From assembly GCA_965235115.1 (NCBI GenBank), contig OZ249438.1:19282001-19346000 (forward strand): 64,000 nt of DNA. The letters run 5' to 3'. The notes beneath the pieces were generated by a model, which made no database searches, was not told the DNA's origin, and saw nothing but the letters and a program-made list of their open reading frames with translations. The DNA comes from Laetmonice hystrix. Lineage: Eukaryota. The position numbers and the translations under genes are program-made. Shown piece after piece: positions 39,401-49,604 of the stretch (positions are counted from its first letter, which is position 1; each line of letters opens with the position of its first letter).

Positions 39401-42400
39401 CAGCTCAAATGGGCCGGGTGGTGACGTCATCAGGTGGGAGGGGGCTGCGCGGTCACCGCGCAGCCGCAGAAGAAAAATTTCTGACCATTGGCTAAAAGAC
39501 TAGCAATAAATCTCATTATGTTATTAAGTTATGAGGTAAGTACGCGTATTCCTTAACAAACAGTTTATCCCTAAAACTGTATTGATTAATAGAATACTCG
39601 GATGATAAATATGTTATGCAGTGAGTGGTTGTTATTATTGGTTGTTTCATAGCGTATATATATATGGTAATGTTTAATGAACTGCTAAGGTTTGGAAGGC
39701 ATGTTATTATAATTAACTCCCCATGTAAACACAGATTGAGGAACACCTACGGCTGCTGTCTCAGCAGTATGAGGACAGTGTCAACCAACGAGAGGCGCTC
39801 AAAGAACGCAAGAAAACCACCGCTCTGCGCCTCCAGAGGGCGTCTGTGCTGATCGAAGCGCTCTCTGGTGAAAAGGTCTGTCATTATTAGAATCTGTGGA
39901 CATAGACTGTTTTACTGCTCTCCCGCTAGGGGCGAGGAAGAGCCCCCTGGCGGAGTGAGCCGTGCAACAGTGTGGCCATCCCTTAAATTATTCTTGATGG
40001 GAGAAGCATTTACATGTAACCAGCGATACTAGATGTGGACGTTGACGAATTTTGCTGAAAACCTTTGACCGCATTTAGCAAGCTAAGGCAATAAAATGGA
40101 GCGATTTAAAAAAAAACAACAATAACTTTATTTAGAAGGATTTGATAATATTACTTGCTAGGTTCGATGGGCCGAGTCGGTTGGCGTGTTGGACTTTAAA
40201 CTGAAGGGGTTGGTAGGAGACACCCTGGTGTCGGCTGGGGTGGTCGCCTACCTGGGGGCTCTCTCAGCCCAGTACCGGCGGGAAATGATCAGTCGGTGGG
40301 TGGCCCGATGCCAACAGTCGGCCGTCCCTATCTCAGAACAGTACGATTTTGTCAAGAGCATGGCGGATGCCAACCAGGTTGGTTCTCAGCAGTGGTCACC
40401 ATGAGTGTCTCTTATAAGTTATATGTTTTTCCGTAATGACGACCTCCTGTATAGACCAGTAGCTAGAACAAGATGACCTGGGCCCGATTCACAAACAAAG
40501 TTAAGTCAATTTTAATTGAGTTGAAGTCAATTTTAATTCAATCTGATTGGTTAAAATGGATTTTAAGTTAATTAAAATTGACTTGACTTTGTTTGTGAAC
40601 CGGGCCCAGGAGTTACAAAAGCAGTGGACGTTGAGAGAGGTTATATCTAATATCCTTTATTTATTCATCAAGGTTGAAGATCATTCTGTGATCCTACAGT
40701 CAGTATGTAGTAACGGGTTCGTTCAGTTCAGTTCAGTTTGTGACGATGATATATGATCAGGATATATAGAATATATGGACCAACATATCGTGCCATCCAT
40801 TCCTTGTGTCCTTCACTGGTCATATTGCCTGTGGCGTGTACCAGGTGCTGCGCTGGCATAACGGCGGCCTGCCCCAGGATACCCACTCCACCGAGAACGC
40901 CATTCTCGTCAAGAAGAGCCGGCGGTGGCCTTTACTCATCGACCCCCAGGGACAGGCGTCCAGGTAACAACGTCAGGTCATCACGGCCCTCAGCGGGCAC
41001 CTCCCCGCCCCCGCCACAGGACGGGGTGTTAGACAAATAGCGATTCATTGGTTATGAGGATTAATAATGAAAACCTGACGGAAACTCGGTGTGAAGTGGG
41101 GTAATAGGGTAAAGAAGTGACCCTCAATTCTATAGTTGTGTCACTGGTCTAGAAAGGTAACATTCGAGCTATCTTTAATATTTCCATGCGCTGTTCACGA
41201 AGAAAATTCATTCCCGATATAATTGGCTTAGAACAGAATTCTACAGAGGAATATTTGCTTACATTTGGGAAAGAATAGTCTTCTTGTAAAACAAACTCGA
41301 CATCATAAACGGGAAGATAACCCTTCTATCTAGACAGTCTTTTGGGGGGTTTTAAAGACTTATCTCATATAATACAATATTGAATATTCATTACATTCAA
41401 TAGTCGGAAGAAAGAGAGACAATGAGGGTAATATGTTTTGTCAGGTGGATCCAGCAGATGGAGGGTCCTGTACTGAAGGTGGTGCCAGCCTCAGACGCCA
41501 ACTCGATGCGAACCCTGGAGCGAGCCATCCGGGTGGGTGAGCCGGTACTCCTCCAGCACGTCACAGAGGACCTCGACCCAGCGCTCAAACCGATCCTTCT
41601 ACAGGAGACCCAGGTCCGGGGTGGTCATCACGTCATCCGGCTGGGAGACACAGAGATTGAGTACAACCACAACTTCAGGTACGTCACCTTTACTGGGGAT
41701 GCCAGGATTACAAAACTCTACACAATAGTTTGAACCCGATTTGATTAGGCTTAATTGAGTTTTTATTGGGAACTTGTAATGAAGAAGAGCTGTTGTAACT
41801 GTTCTCGTAGAATGCACGAGCCTTTCATCCTTTCAGATTGTACCTGGCCACAGAGATGGGCAACCCGCACTACCTGCCGGCTGTCTGCATCCAGGTGACA
41901 CTCATCAACTTCATCGTCACTTTCAGCGGCCTACAGGAGCAGCTGCTCTCCAGTGTCGTCAAACAGGTACGGCCGGCGGGTCTGACACGTCCCAGCCGGG
42001 GGGGGGGGTGGTCTGGCACGTCCCAGCCGGGGGGGGGGGGGTCTGGCACGTCACAGCCGGGGTCGGCGTGGCACGTCAAAGCCGGGGGGAGAGACGGAGG
42101 ACCGGGGGTCTGGCACGTCACAGCCGGGAGGGGAGGGGGTCTGGCACGTCCCAGCCGGGGGGGGGGGGGGGGTCTGGCACGTCCCAGCCGGGGGGGGGGG
42201 GGTCTGGCACGTCACAGCCGGGGTCGGCGTGGAACGTCAAAGCCGGGGGGGAGACGGAGGACCGGGGGTCTGGCACGTTACAGCCGGGAGGGAGGAGGGG
42301 GCGGAGGAGCGGGGCTGGGGATCGTAGACTACCGCGCCATCTAGCGGGTATATTATCCATGAAAATCTGAACCTACAAATCAGAGACTATTGGCGCCGTC

Positions 42401-45400
42401 CGGTGCTGTATATGATACATGAACTATATAATAATGATACATGAACTATATAATAATGATACATGAACTATATAATAATGATACATGAACTATATAATAA
42501 TGATACATGAACTATATAATAATGATACATGAACTATATAATAATGATACATGAACTATATAATAATGATACATGAACTATATAATATTCATGTTCCATG
42601 AAGTATAATAAAGTAATCTCATCTCGACAGGAAAGGCCTCTTCTTGAAACGGAGAGAAGTCAGCTTCTAGGAAGCATTGCCAGTGACCTCCAGCTACTTC
42701 GTGACCTTGAAGACAAGACGCTCAGCCTCCTGCAGAAAACTGAAGGTGCGACTGTGTGTCCCAAGTGTCCGGTTGTTACCAGCGTCCGCCTGGTCCGATC
42801 GGTAGTACAGGGTTAACCCTTGGGGAATGTCGTAATGAAGAGTGATAATGTCAAGGATGACGTGCTGGTGTGACATGATCGTTGATGATACACTATGATG
42901 GGAGAGCTTACAATCTCTTATTGATATGGCTTCCTTATTGGGAGCTGTTATATAATGCATTAAAGGGGTATTTCTGAAGAAAGGTGAAACTCTAAGGCCA
43001 TAAGCCTAACCACCATGTTCTCCCTTGATGTGTTTTCTTAGAAGGTGAGTAAAAGTACAGTGCGTATGTTTGAAAAAAAGAGATTTCCCTGTTAGTAGTT
43101 TACATATTGGTAAAAGAAAAATTTAAAATTTAACAGAGTATGAGTCTAGGTCTGACGGGCTGGTTGTTGGACTTGCTCTTGTTATTACCTTAGCCTCAGA
43201 TAGTTAGTTGTTGTTGGTACTGACCCCTGTTTTTGACGGTACAGGTCACATTCTGGACGACCAAGACCTAGTGGACACACTCCAGCAGAGTAAGGGTATG
43301 TCTGCCGAGATCCACGGCCGGGTGGCGCAGTCGGAGCACACCGAGAGCAAACTGAGTGCCGCCAGGCAGAAATACCTACCCGTGAGTACACTACCCATTC
43401 TGCTGCCGGGGCACTGCTGCCGGGGCACTGCTGCCGGGGCACTGCTCCCGGGGCACTGCTCCCGGGGCACTGCTCCCGGGGCACTGCCTCAAGGTTTGGT
43501 CCGGGTTCGGTTGGACATCTCTGAACCACTGTTGAAGCGGGAGGAACACCGTTTAAAGTGTGCTCAAATCTACCATCTGTTTTATGTTACTGTTTGCCAA
43601 GGGTGAAGTTGTTCCGTGTTATAATGGTGACTGTTGCTGTGACAGGTGGCTATCCGTGTTATAATGGTGACTGTTGCTGTGACAGGTGGCTATCCGTGTT
43701 ATAATGGTGACTGTTGCTGTGACAGGTGGCTATCCGTGTTATAATGGTGACTGTTGCTGTGACAGGTGGCTATCCGTGTTATAATGGTGACTGTTGCTGT
43801 GACAGGTGGCTATCCGTGTTATAATGGTGACTGTTGCTGTGACAGGTGGCTATCCGTGTTATAATGGTGACTGTTGCTGTGACAGGTGGCTATCCGTGTT
43901 ATAATGGTGACTGTTGCTGTGACAGGTGGCTATCCGTGTTATAATGGTGACTGTTGCTGTGACAGGTGGCTATCCGTGTTATAATGGTGACTGTTTATGT
44001 GACAGGTGGCGATCCGCGGGGCAGTACTCTACTTCATCCTGGCCGACCTGGCCAACATGGACGTCATGTACCAGTTCTCACTGGGCTGGTTCCAGGATAT
44101 GTTTATCTCGTGTATCAACCCGACTCAGTCACGCGTACCTACGGCCCTCACTCCCCGCCTCAGTGGTACACTGCGACCGTCCAGCGCCAAGAGGGAGGCG
44201 GCGGCACGGGCGGCCGTGTCTCCGAGAAGTGGTGAGGGACACTGCGTCTGGGTCCACAATTCTGTATCCTTTGGGGGGTTGGCGATGTAATCCTGAGATT
44301 TAGCCAACATGTTTTAATCAAGCAAGGAATCACACGAAATCGAAGACCCTGTAATAAATTCCATCCCGGGGAGGAAGAACTAATAATAATATGCGGTGTA
44401 TAATTTCTGTCGGAATGTTTCGTTAAGCAGAGAGTACCCACACGTCCTGACCGCCCATGACTGTCCCCTCAGAGTTTGACAGTCTCCGTACGTTTTGGTT
44501 TCAGGCGGGGCTGACCTGAGTCCCGAGGCCCTCCGGGACCACATGAGGGCCATGGTTGACCGCCTGACGTGGAACATTTACCGTGTGGTATCAGTGGCAC
44601 TGTTCGCTCACCACCAACTCACCTTCTCATTTCGTATTACCACGGCAATCCTCCTGGCTGACACTGAGTACGGCTTGGCCGCCAACCTCAGCGAACGTCC
44701 CTCCACGGACGGCATCGGGCAGGCAGAGTTTAACACCTTCCTACAGGGACCCATCCTGGCCTCACTCATGGACGAGGCCGCTCTGGCCGAGCAGGATGGT
44801 AAATGCTCGCATAACACCCCCATCATCTGTAATAATTATACTAGTCGCCAAGTGAAAACTCCATTAAATTACTGAATGAGGAAGAAATGAGATTAAAATG
44901 AAAGGGGATAAACTAAAAGATTAAAGTGACAGAATTTTGGCCAAAGTATTCATGATTTATTTGACATGAAACTTGTTTCTCAGGGCTGACGCCGCTACAA
45001 AGATTGGAAGTAGAAAACCAAGGCCTGACCCCGACCCGTCCTAAGTGGATTACCAGCAGTAGGTGGGTTCAGTGTCAGTACCTGGCCGCCTCCTTCCTAT
45101 CGTTCAGACTGCTGTGTCGGAGTATCGTCACCAACCATCATCAGTGGGACACTCTGGTAGCTCATGACGACCCCTACACATACCTGGCCACGGCATACGG
45201 CAGGCCAGAACACCTCCCGGAAAAAACAGGTAAGGCTGGCTAGGACTATAAACGTGCTATTCTTGATGGCGACAGGTGGTATATGTAAGGTGAAAGTGGT
45301 GGCCCCAGGCCTGTGCAGGCGAGAAAACCTTTCAAGATTAACTGTTGCCGGTAGGATTTCTGTAAAGTGTAACCCGATGCAAACTGCCATTTCCATATAC

Positions 45401-48400
45401 TACTTCGTACACGTCTGGTAGTATTTAAAGGGAAATGTGAGTGTTCGACGGAATTTGATTGACCACTAGAATTTTCAAAATATTTTTATGGGGGATAGCC
45501 TTTGTCCTTAGGAGTACAAAGAAACCAAAAAAATCATATGTCACCGAATTAGATTTTTTTATAAACGCCTCCGTAAAAAATGGGTCTTTACTATAGGTTT
45601 CAATGGGAAAAACAGGATTTTTCAGACATTTTGACTAATAGTTAAAAAATGACCACCAATTTTTTCCTGAAACTCGGTGACAAGATCAAGTGGACCAGGA
45701 CTAATAGTTTAAAACAAAAAAATTGGGGGTCACCGAATTAAAAAAAAAGTTGCAGCCTGCCAAACAGTCAGTGCCTTGGTAAAACACGGGTCTTAACTAT
45801 AGGATTCAATGGAGTAGACAGGTTCTGGCCCAAAGTTTGGTTCATGGTTTAAAAAATACTACTGATTTCCACATCAAACTAGTTGACTGCATAAATAAGC
45901 CAAACATTTTTCTGTTAAAGCTCACTACGTGGCGCTTTGAATACTCACATTTCCCCCAGTGATACCAACGCGACTCACTAGGTGGCGCTTTGAACACTCA
46001 CATTTCCCTTTAACAGAACTGTGTGTACGATCTCTGGTATTTATAAGCAGATGTTGTGATGAACGTCGGACCTGAAACCTGTAACTATTGACGTGTATTG
46101 AATGTGATTCTCATTGACCTGTGTCATGGAGAGTCTGAGTGAGGTTGTGTATATTTCAGCCGAGGGTTGGGAGAGTGTGGTCTTCCCGTGGGAGAACCTC
46201 AGCCCCTTCCAGCGCCTCCTACTGCTCCGGGTCGTGTCACCTGACCGTCTCCTAGCCGCTGTCCGCCAGTTTGTCCTCCAACAGATGGGGCCCAGGTTTG
46301 TCTCTAGTGGAACCCTTGACTTGAGAGAGATGTTCGAGAGTTCGAGCGCCAAGACACCACTCATCTTTATCCTATCTCCGGGTGCGTGACACACACACTT
46401 CTTCTTTAGGTGGTCCTCGTGTGGGAGGGACGCGGAATTGTGAGGGCAGCTGTATTAAACAAATAACCACGTCTTTATTAAACTTTGTAAATTGTTGATT
46501 AATTATAGAAATGTTGTGAAAAAAGAGATGAGATTTTGTATCCGAAATAGAGTTAAAACAGTGCGGATAAAAAGGACCAAGATTTCGGCGAAGAAATTTA
46601 TAGTGTGAGGTATTGTAAAGGATATGATGGTATTGACGAATTGATTGGTGCTGACGAGGCCCGGTCGTCTCCGTATTGATACGAGGAGGTGCGTGTATCG
46701 TAGTTCCCGGACCCTTCATTGTGAGGTCTGTCAGGTCCTCCGAGACACGTCCGTCAGTGTAGAGACATGGCACTCAATCTGACCTTTCCTTGCCCAGGGT
46801 GTTAATCTCCCTCACGACCCAAGTCCTCCATATCGGCCCCATCTGCTCGCAGGCCAAGCAGGCCCACCGCTTTTAGCGTAATTGCCCCGCAATATGGTGG
46901 GCACCCCTTCCCTCGTGTCGGCTCAAATTGACCGGTCGCACCCCACCTCCCTGCCGCCGAGCCGATCAATGGGGTAGTCAGGTGTTACCCAGTCCACCAG
47001 TGGGGTGATCATCACCAGTGATATTCTCCAGTGATACCCAGACCCTGGTGGCAGGGGTGGTCCGCCTATCTCCGGGGTCAGTGGTGGACGGCTACACGGG
47101 GAGGGAGCCGTGGGATGGAGGGCCCTGGGGATCCACAACACAATAAGTTTCACACACAGGCCGAAAGTGTCCTCCCGACCCGGCTAACCTATATATGGGA
47201 TCAATTGTGAGCCACACATAAACTTCTTTGGGAACCACCTAAACACGGGAAGGGAGTGGGCTTGCTTATCTCAGAACATTCCACCACTTATAACCCGACC
47301 TTTTATTGATAATTTACTTACCATTGTTATACGAAGATTTGGGTCCAGTGTGCTATACAACAAATCAATAATCTTCTTTAAGCGAGAAACAGCCAAGCAC
47401 GCTACTTTAAATAAAGTGTATAAAAAGGTGAAGAATTGAGGAGATGATTTGCTGTATATTAAGATGACCCCTGTTTTGCATGTCCTTGCCGTGGCCCCTT
47501 GCCGTGCACCCTGTCGTCACACTCCCTCTCTTCCATGTAGGCTCGGACCCCGGGACCCAGCTGCTGAGGTTCGCCAAGGAGCTGCGTGGAAGCACGCTCC
47601 ACCTAGACATGATCTCCCTGGGCCGCGGTCAGGGACCCAAGGCCGAGGAGCTCATCGCCAAGGCTCAGATCCTCAAGGGGCGCTGGCTCTTCCTGCAGAA
47701 CTGTCACCTGGCCGCCTCCTGGATGCCCCGGCTACAGGCCATCGTCGATGGGTGAGTAGGATAGAAAATTGGGGTCGCAGAGCATAAACCCGGCCTGGAA
47801 TTGGGTGGTGTGGCCCTGTGTGGGTGTGAGATCAGGGGGGTGTTTCATACCCGGGCCTGGGATTGGGTGGTGTGGCCCTGTGTGGGTGTGAGATCAGGGG
47901 GATGTTCACACCCGGGCCTGGGATTGGGTGGTGTGGCCCTGTGTGGGTGTGAGATCAGGGGGATGTTTCATACCTGGGCCTGGGATTGGGTGGTGTGGCC
48001 CTGTGTGGGTGTGAGATCAGGGGATGTTTCACACCCAGGCCTGGGATTGGGTGGTGTGGCCCTGTGTGGGTGTGAGATCAGGGGGATGTTTCACACCCGG
48101 GCCTGGGATTGGGTGGTGTGGCCCTGTGTGAGTGTGAGATCAGGGTGATGTTTCACACCCGGGCCTGGGATTGGGTGGTGTGGGCCTATGTGGGTGTGAG
48201 ATCAGGGGGATGTTTCACACCCGGGCCTGGGATTGGGTGGTGTTGCCCTGTGTGGGTGTGAGATCAGGGGGATGTTTCACACCCGGGCCTGGGATTGGGT
48301 GGTGTGGCCCTGTGTGGGTGTGAGATCAGGGGGATGTTTCACACCCGGGCCTGAGATTGGGTGGTGTGGCCCTGTGTGGGTGTGAGACCAGGGGGATGTT

Positions 48401-49604
48401 TCACACCCGGGCCTGGGATTGGGTGGTGTGGCCCTGTGTGGGTGTGAGATCAGGGGGATGTTTCACACCCGGGCCTGAGATTGGGTGGTGTGGCCCTGTG
48501 TGGGTGTGAGACCAGGGGGATGTTTCACACCCGGGCCTGGGATTGGGTGGTGTGGGCCTGTGTGGGTGTGAGATCAGGGGGATGTTTCACACCCGGGCCT
48601 GGGATTGGGTGGTGTGGCCCTGTGTGGGTGTGAGATCAGGGAGAGGTTTCCTAAGGTGGATGTTGTAAAGTATTTGGTCCTGTAACCCGTCAACAAGCTA
48701 GGTGACTAAGACATGATCGAATTCAAACGTCTTTTGCATGTTTTCAATAGTCAGATGATCTAGTGATGGAGGGTTATTATAACTTTTTATCTGGGAGTTT
48801 AAATGGTGGTAATAACTGAACAAAATGTACAGTACATGTAATCGTCGCAGACAAGATGGAATAGTTTGCTCGACATACATACTTTGTTAGTTCACCCGAC
48901 ATTATCATATACCGGAATTTTATGAATAGCGAGAAGTCCCCTCAAGTTTCTTTAGAAGTTATGTAGTATTTTGTTGACTTTGTTTGATGCACATAACTCA
49001 AATAACAATGAAGTCTCACGCCAGTCACAGCTGTCCTTTAGAAATGGACAACTTTTTAGACGTCTGTAATGCCGGGTAGTTTATCTTGAACCAGACAAAA
49101 TCAATGTGGAAGTAGACGGACGTCGGCCGAGGGGGAATTCCCCACCATCACGATGTGGGGGCTGGGGGGGGGGGGGGGGGGGGCGTGGGGGGGGTCCCCT
49201 CCGGACAGAGAATTCCCTGGTCAACTGTTGACCAGGAAAGTCCCCGACGGATAGGGAGTTCGCCAGCCTGTGTAAGCCTAATTTCTGAATAAAAGATTTC
49301 ATATCGTTGAACAATCTGTCATGTACAAATATAAAAGAACTTTTTCGAGGGGCGCGTGTTTGGAATAGTCTCCGTAACGAATGGATGGCGTCCCGAGTGT
49401 CGAGACGTTGATGTATGTAGGAAAGGTAACAAAAATAAAGAGAAGTTGAAATGTTGTGCTGACATGATGGAGTTATAATCTCCGTGTTCGCTATCCTCCA
49501 GATTCAATAAGCCGGGCGCCGACGTTGATCCTCAGTTCCGACTGTGGTTGAGTTCTAAGCCAGATCCCAACTTCCCAATATCCATCCTACAGACAGGACT
49601 TAAG
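3987..49604 (+). CDS. DNAH14: Axonemal dynein heavy chain, DNAH14-like (DNAH6/DNAH14 group); 73 coding exons in window, 3' end not found in window
   Basis: Spliced translation gives the dynein heavy chain hallmarks [51 protein letters not shown]-loops GPAGTGKT / GPTGGGKT / GESGVGKS / [84 protein letters not shown] and [18 protein letters not shown] exon phases are consistent throughout. Dynein identity is essentially certain; the DNAH14 assignment rests on recalled similarity ([56 protein letters not shown] insert after P3) and needs a phylogeny. Confidence 0.85.
6378..6705. repeat. Minisatellite (46-58 bp unit), left part
   Basis: Tandem units of gtgcctgttgaccta(c/g)agcctggctcgtgact(g/a)ttaatctaattaa, interrupted by the LINE. 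Confidence 0.9.
6703..7803 (+). pseudogene. LINE ORF2 reverse transcriptase C-terminal fragment (open frame, ~366 codons)
   Basis: Uninterrupted frame matching ORF track 6727-7803 plus 8 upstream codons; lacks the endonuclease and the RT N-terminus. Confidence 0.9.
6703..8329 (+). mobile_element. 5'-truncated CR1/L2-group non-LTR retrotransposon with poly(A) tail
   Basis: Begins mid-RT ([14 protein letters not shown]), has [30 protein letters not shown] and a WNNLP-type C-terminus, then a 3' region ending in AATAAA (8308) and a 19-A tail (8311-8329). Confidence 0.92.
8330..8580. repeat. Minisatellite (46 bp unit), right part
   Basis: The same unit as 6378-6705 resumes directly after the LINE poly(A) and degenerates into the acceptor of the exon at 8599. 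Confidence 0.9.
9718..9785. repeat. 36-bp tandem duplication
   Basis: tttctttttaaaaataccaaagcattcagtat present twice with period 36. Confidence 0.85.
16402..19365 (+). CDS. Dynein heavy chain exons 20-29: DHC_N2/linker region
   Basis: Exons 16402-16634, 16801-16991, 17376-17615, 17703-17824, 17956-18127, 18242-18346, 18511-18629, 18820-18894, 19015-19102, 19282-19365. Motifs [54 protein letters not shown]. Confidence 0.93.
19498..21810 (+). CDS. Dynein heavy chain exons 30-37: AAA1
   Basis: Exons 19498-19664, 19790-20021, 20131-20184, 20415-20560, 20801-20869, 20986-21172, 21427-21506, 21636-21810. Walker A GPAGTGKT at 19974-19997, Walker [27 protein letters not shown]. Confidence 0.97.
21901..24157 (+). 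CDS. Dynein heavy chain exons 38-43: AAA2 with low-complexity inserts
   Basis: Exons 21901-22146, 22286-22501, 22586-22945, 23079-23334, 23477-23660, 23910-24157. [15 protein letters not shown] (P-loop 22015-22038), [36 protein letters not shown]. Confidence 0.93.
24308..28176 (+). CDS. Dynein heavy chain exons 44-50: AAA3
   Basis: Exons 24308-24580, 24775-24954, 26060-26238, 26441-26569, 26719-26807, 27512-27731, 28006-28176. [84 protein letters not shown]. Confidence 0.95.
24924..25968 (+). repeat. 63-bp minisatellite built from an exon end plus splice donor (17 donor copies)
   Basis: GG|GTAAGT recurs at 24955, 25018, 25081 ... 25963 with exact 63-bp period; the first copy is the true exon 45 donor. 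Confidence 0.97.
29778..31732 (+). CDS. Dynein heavy chain exons 51-54: AAA4
   Basis: Exons 29778-29942, 30064-30513, 30840-31043, 31551-31732. [14 protein letters not shown] (30157-30180), [52 protein letters not shown]. Confidence 0.95.
31879..40377 (+). CDS. Dynein heavy chain exons 55-62: coiled-coil stalk and microtubule-binding domain (interrupted by the DIRS element in an intron)
   Basis: Exons 31879-31987, 32216-32341, 32423-32517, 32631-32790, 32974-33105, 33360-33455, 39735-39875, 40162-40377. [67 protein letters not shown]. Confidence 0.93.
33488..33671 (+). repeat. DIRS left inverted terminal repeat
   Basis: 33507-33671 is the reverse complement of 39374-39540 (about one substitution and one 1-nt indel seen); 33488-33506 is the left-end extension. 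Confidence 0.95.
34011..36101 (+). pseudogene. DIRS gag-like ORF1, frameshifted
   Basis: Cys/His-rich start [29 protein letters not shown], a long Ser/Arg/Pro-rich middle (ORF 34552-35721), and C-terminal [21 protein letters not shown] (35718-36101), a pattern typical of DIRS1-like gag. Confidence 0.7.
36240..37610 (+). pseudogene. DIRS reverse transcriptase-RNase H, disrupted
   Basis: [56 protein letters not shown]; RNase H motifs [44 protein letters not shown]; split over at least three frames. Confidence 0.93.
37610..37980 (+). pseudogene. DIRS methyltransferase-like domain remnant
   Basis: [11 protein letters not shown] (37670)..AVDALSIP, then [33 protein letters not shown]; the central FPP-type motif is missing. 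Confidence 0.7.
37950..39035 (+). pseudogene. DIRS tyrosine recombinase, frameshifted
   Basis: [80 protein letters not shown]; catalytic R, K, HxxR, W and Y are recognisable but lie in different frames. Confidence 0.93.
39230..39335. other. DIRS internal complementary region (ICR)
   Basis: First half is the reverse complement of the left end and second half is the reverse complement of the right extension; they join at 39278/39279 (ccttaac|caatacag). Confidence 0.93.
39374..39584 (-). repeat. DIRS right inverted terminal repeat plus right extension
   Basis: ggtcagacaaaaatgtgactagc...gttatgaggtaag, followed by the unique extension tacgcgtattcc...ctgtattg (39541-39584). Confidence 0.95.
40477..40610. 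mobile_element. Short foldback MITE-like element (~130 bp)
   Basis: cctgggcccgattcacaaacaaagttaagtcaattttaatt ... aattaaaattgacttgactttgtttgtgaaccgggcccagg forms a ~40-bp imperfect inverted repeat with GGGCCC termini; no identical TSD seen. Confidence 0.6.
40845..44231 (+). CDS. Dynein heavy chain exons 63-68: AAA5 and buttress
   Basis: Exons 40845-40963, 41445-41678, 41837-41966, 42631-42745, 43245-43381, 44006-44231. [79 protein letters not shown]. Confidence 0.93.
41980..42300. repeat. G-rich degenerate tandem repeat (tctggcacgtc(c/a)cagccggg...)
   Basis: About 9 units with variable G runs, starting just after the exon 65 donor. Confidence 0.85.
42412..42588. repeat. 22-bp AT-rich minisatellite, ~8 copies
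   Basis: atgatacatgaactatataata in tandem. Confidence 0.95.
43404..43488. repeat. 14-bp tandem repeat, ~6 copies
   Basis: ccggggcactgct(g/c) in tandem, just after the exon 67 donor. Confidence 0.9.
43613..44016 (+). repeat. 40-bp minisatellite containing a splice acceptor plus exon start (10 AG copies)
   Basis: ggtgactgttgctgtgacag|gtggctatccgtgttataat with period 40; AG ends at 43645, 43685 ... 44005, the last being the true exon 68 acceptor. Confidence 0.96.
44505..49604 (+). CDS. Dynein heavy chain exons 69-73: region into AAA6
   Basis: Exons 44505-44798, 44984-45229, 46160-46381, 47541-47751, 49502-49604. [79 protein letters not shown]. Confidence 0.92.
45429..46009. mobile_element. 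TTAA-flanked MITE (Kolobok-like), 581 bp
   Basis: Perfect 18-bp TIR agggaaatgtgagtgttc / gaacactcacatttccct, with TTAA on both sides (45425-45428, 46010-46013). RR termini plus TTAA TSD fit Kolobok rather than piggyBac. Confidence 0.8.
47788..48640. repeat. 62-bp G-rich minisatellite, ~14 copies
   Basis: cccgggcctgggattgggtggtgtggccctgtgtgggtgtgagatcagggggatgtttcaca in tandem, starting ~37 nt after the exon 72 donor. Confidence 0.96.

Larger units (their letters stand above)
33488..39584 (+). mobile_element. DIRS1-like tyrosine-recombinase retrotransposon, full-length structure (~6.1 kb), coding-defective
   Basis: Inverted terminal repeats, an ICR complementary to both ends, and gag / RT-RNase H / methyltransferase-like / YR remnants in the DIRS1 order; no target-site duplication. 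Confidence 0.95.

Noticed and set aside
46645-46700. ctgacgag as a possible hammerhead ribozyme core
   Set aside because: No GAAA at the required position after a stem II, and no closing stems found.
47801-48148. Cys/Trp/Gly-rich 115-aa ORF
   Set aside because: Translation of the 62-bp minisatellite; the frame shifts every unit.
49216-49236. Perfect 10-bp inverted repeat cctggtcaac-t-gttgaccagg
   Set aside because: Short and isolated; plausible by chance in 64 kb, with no supporting context.
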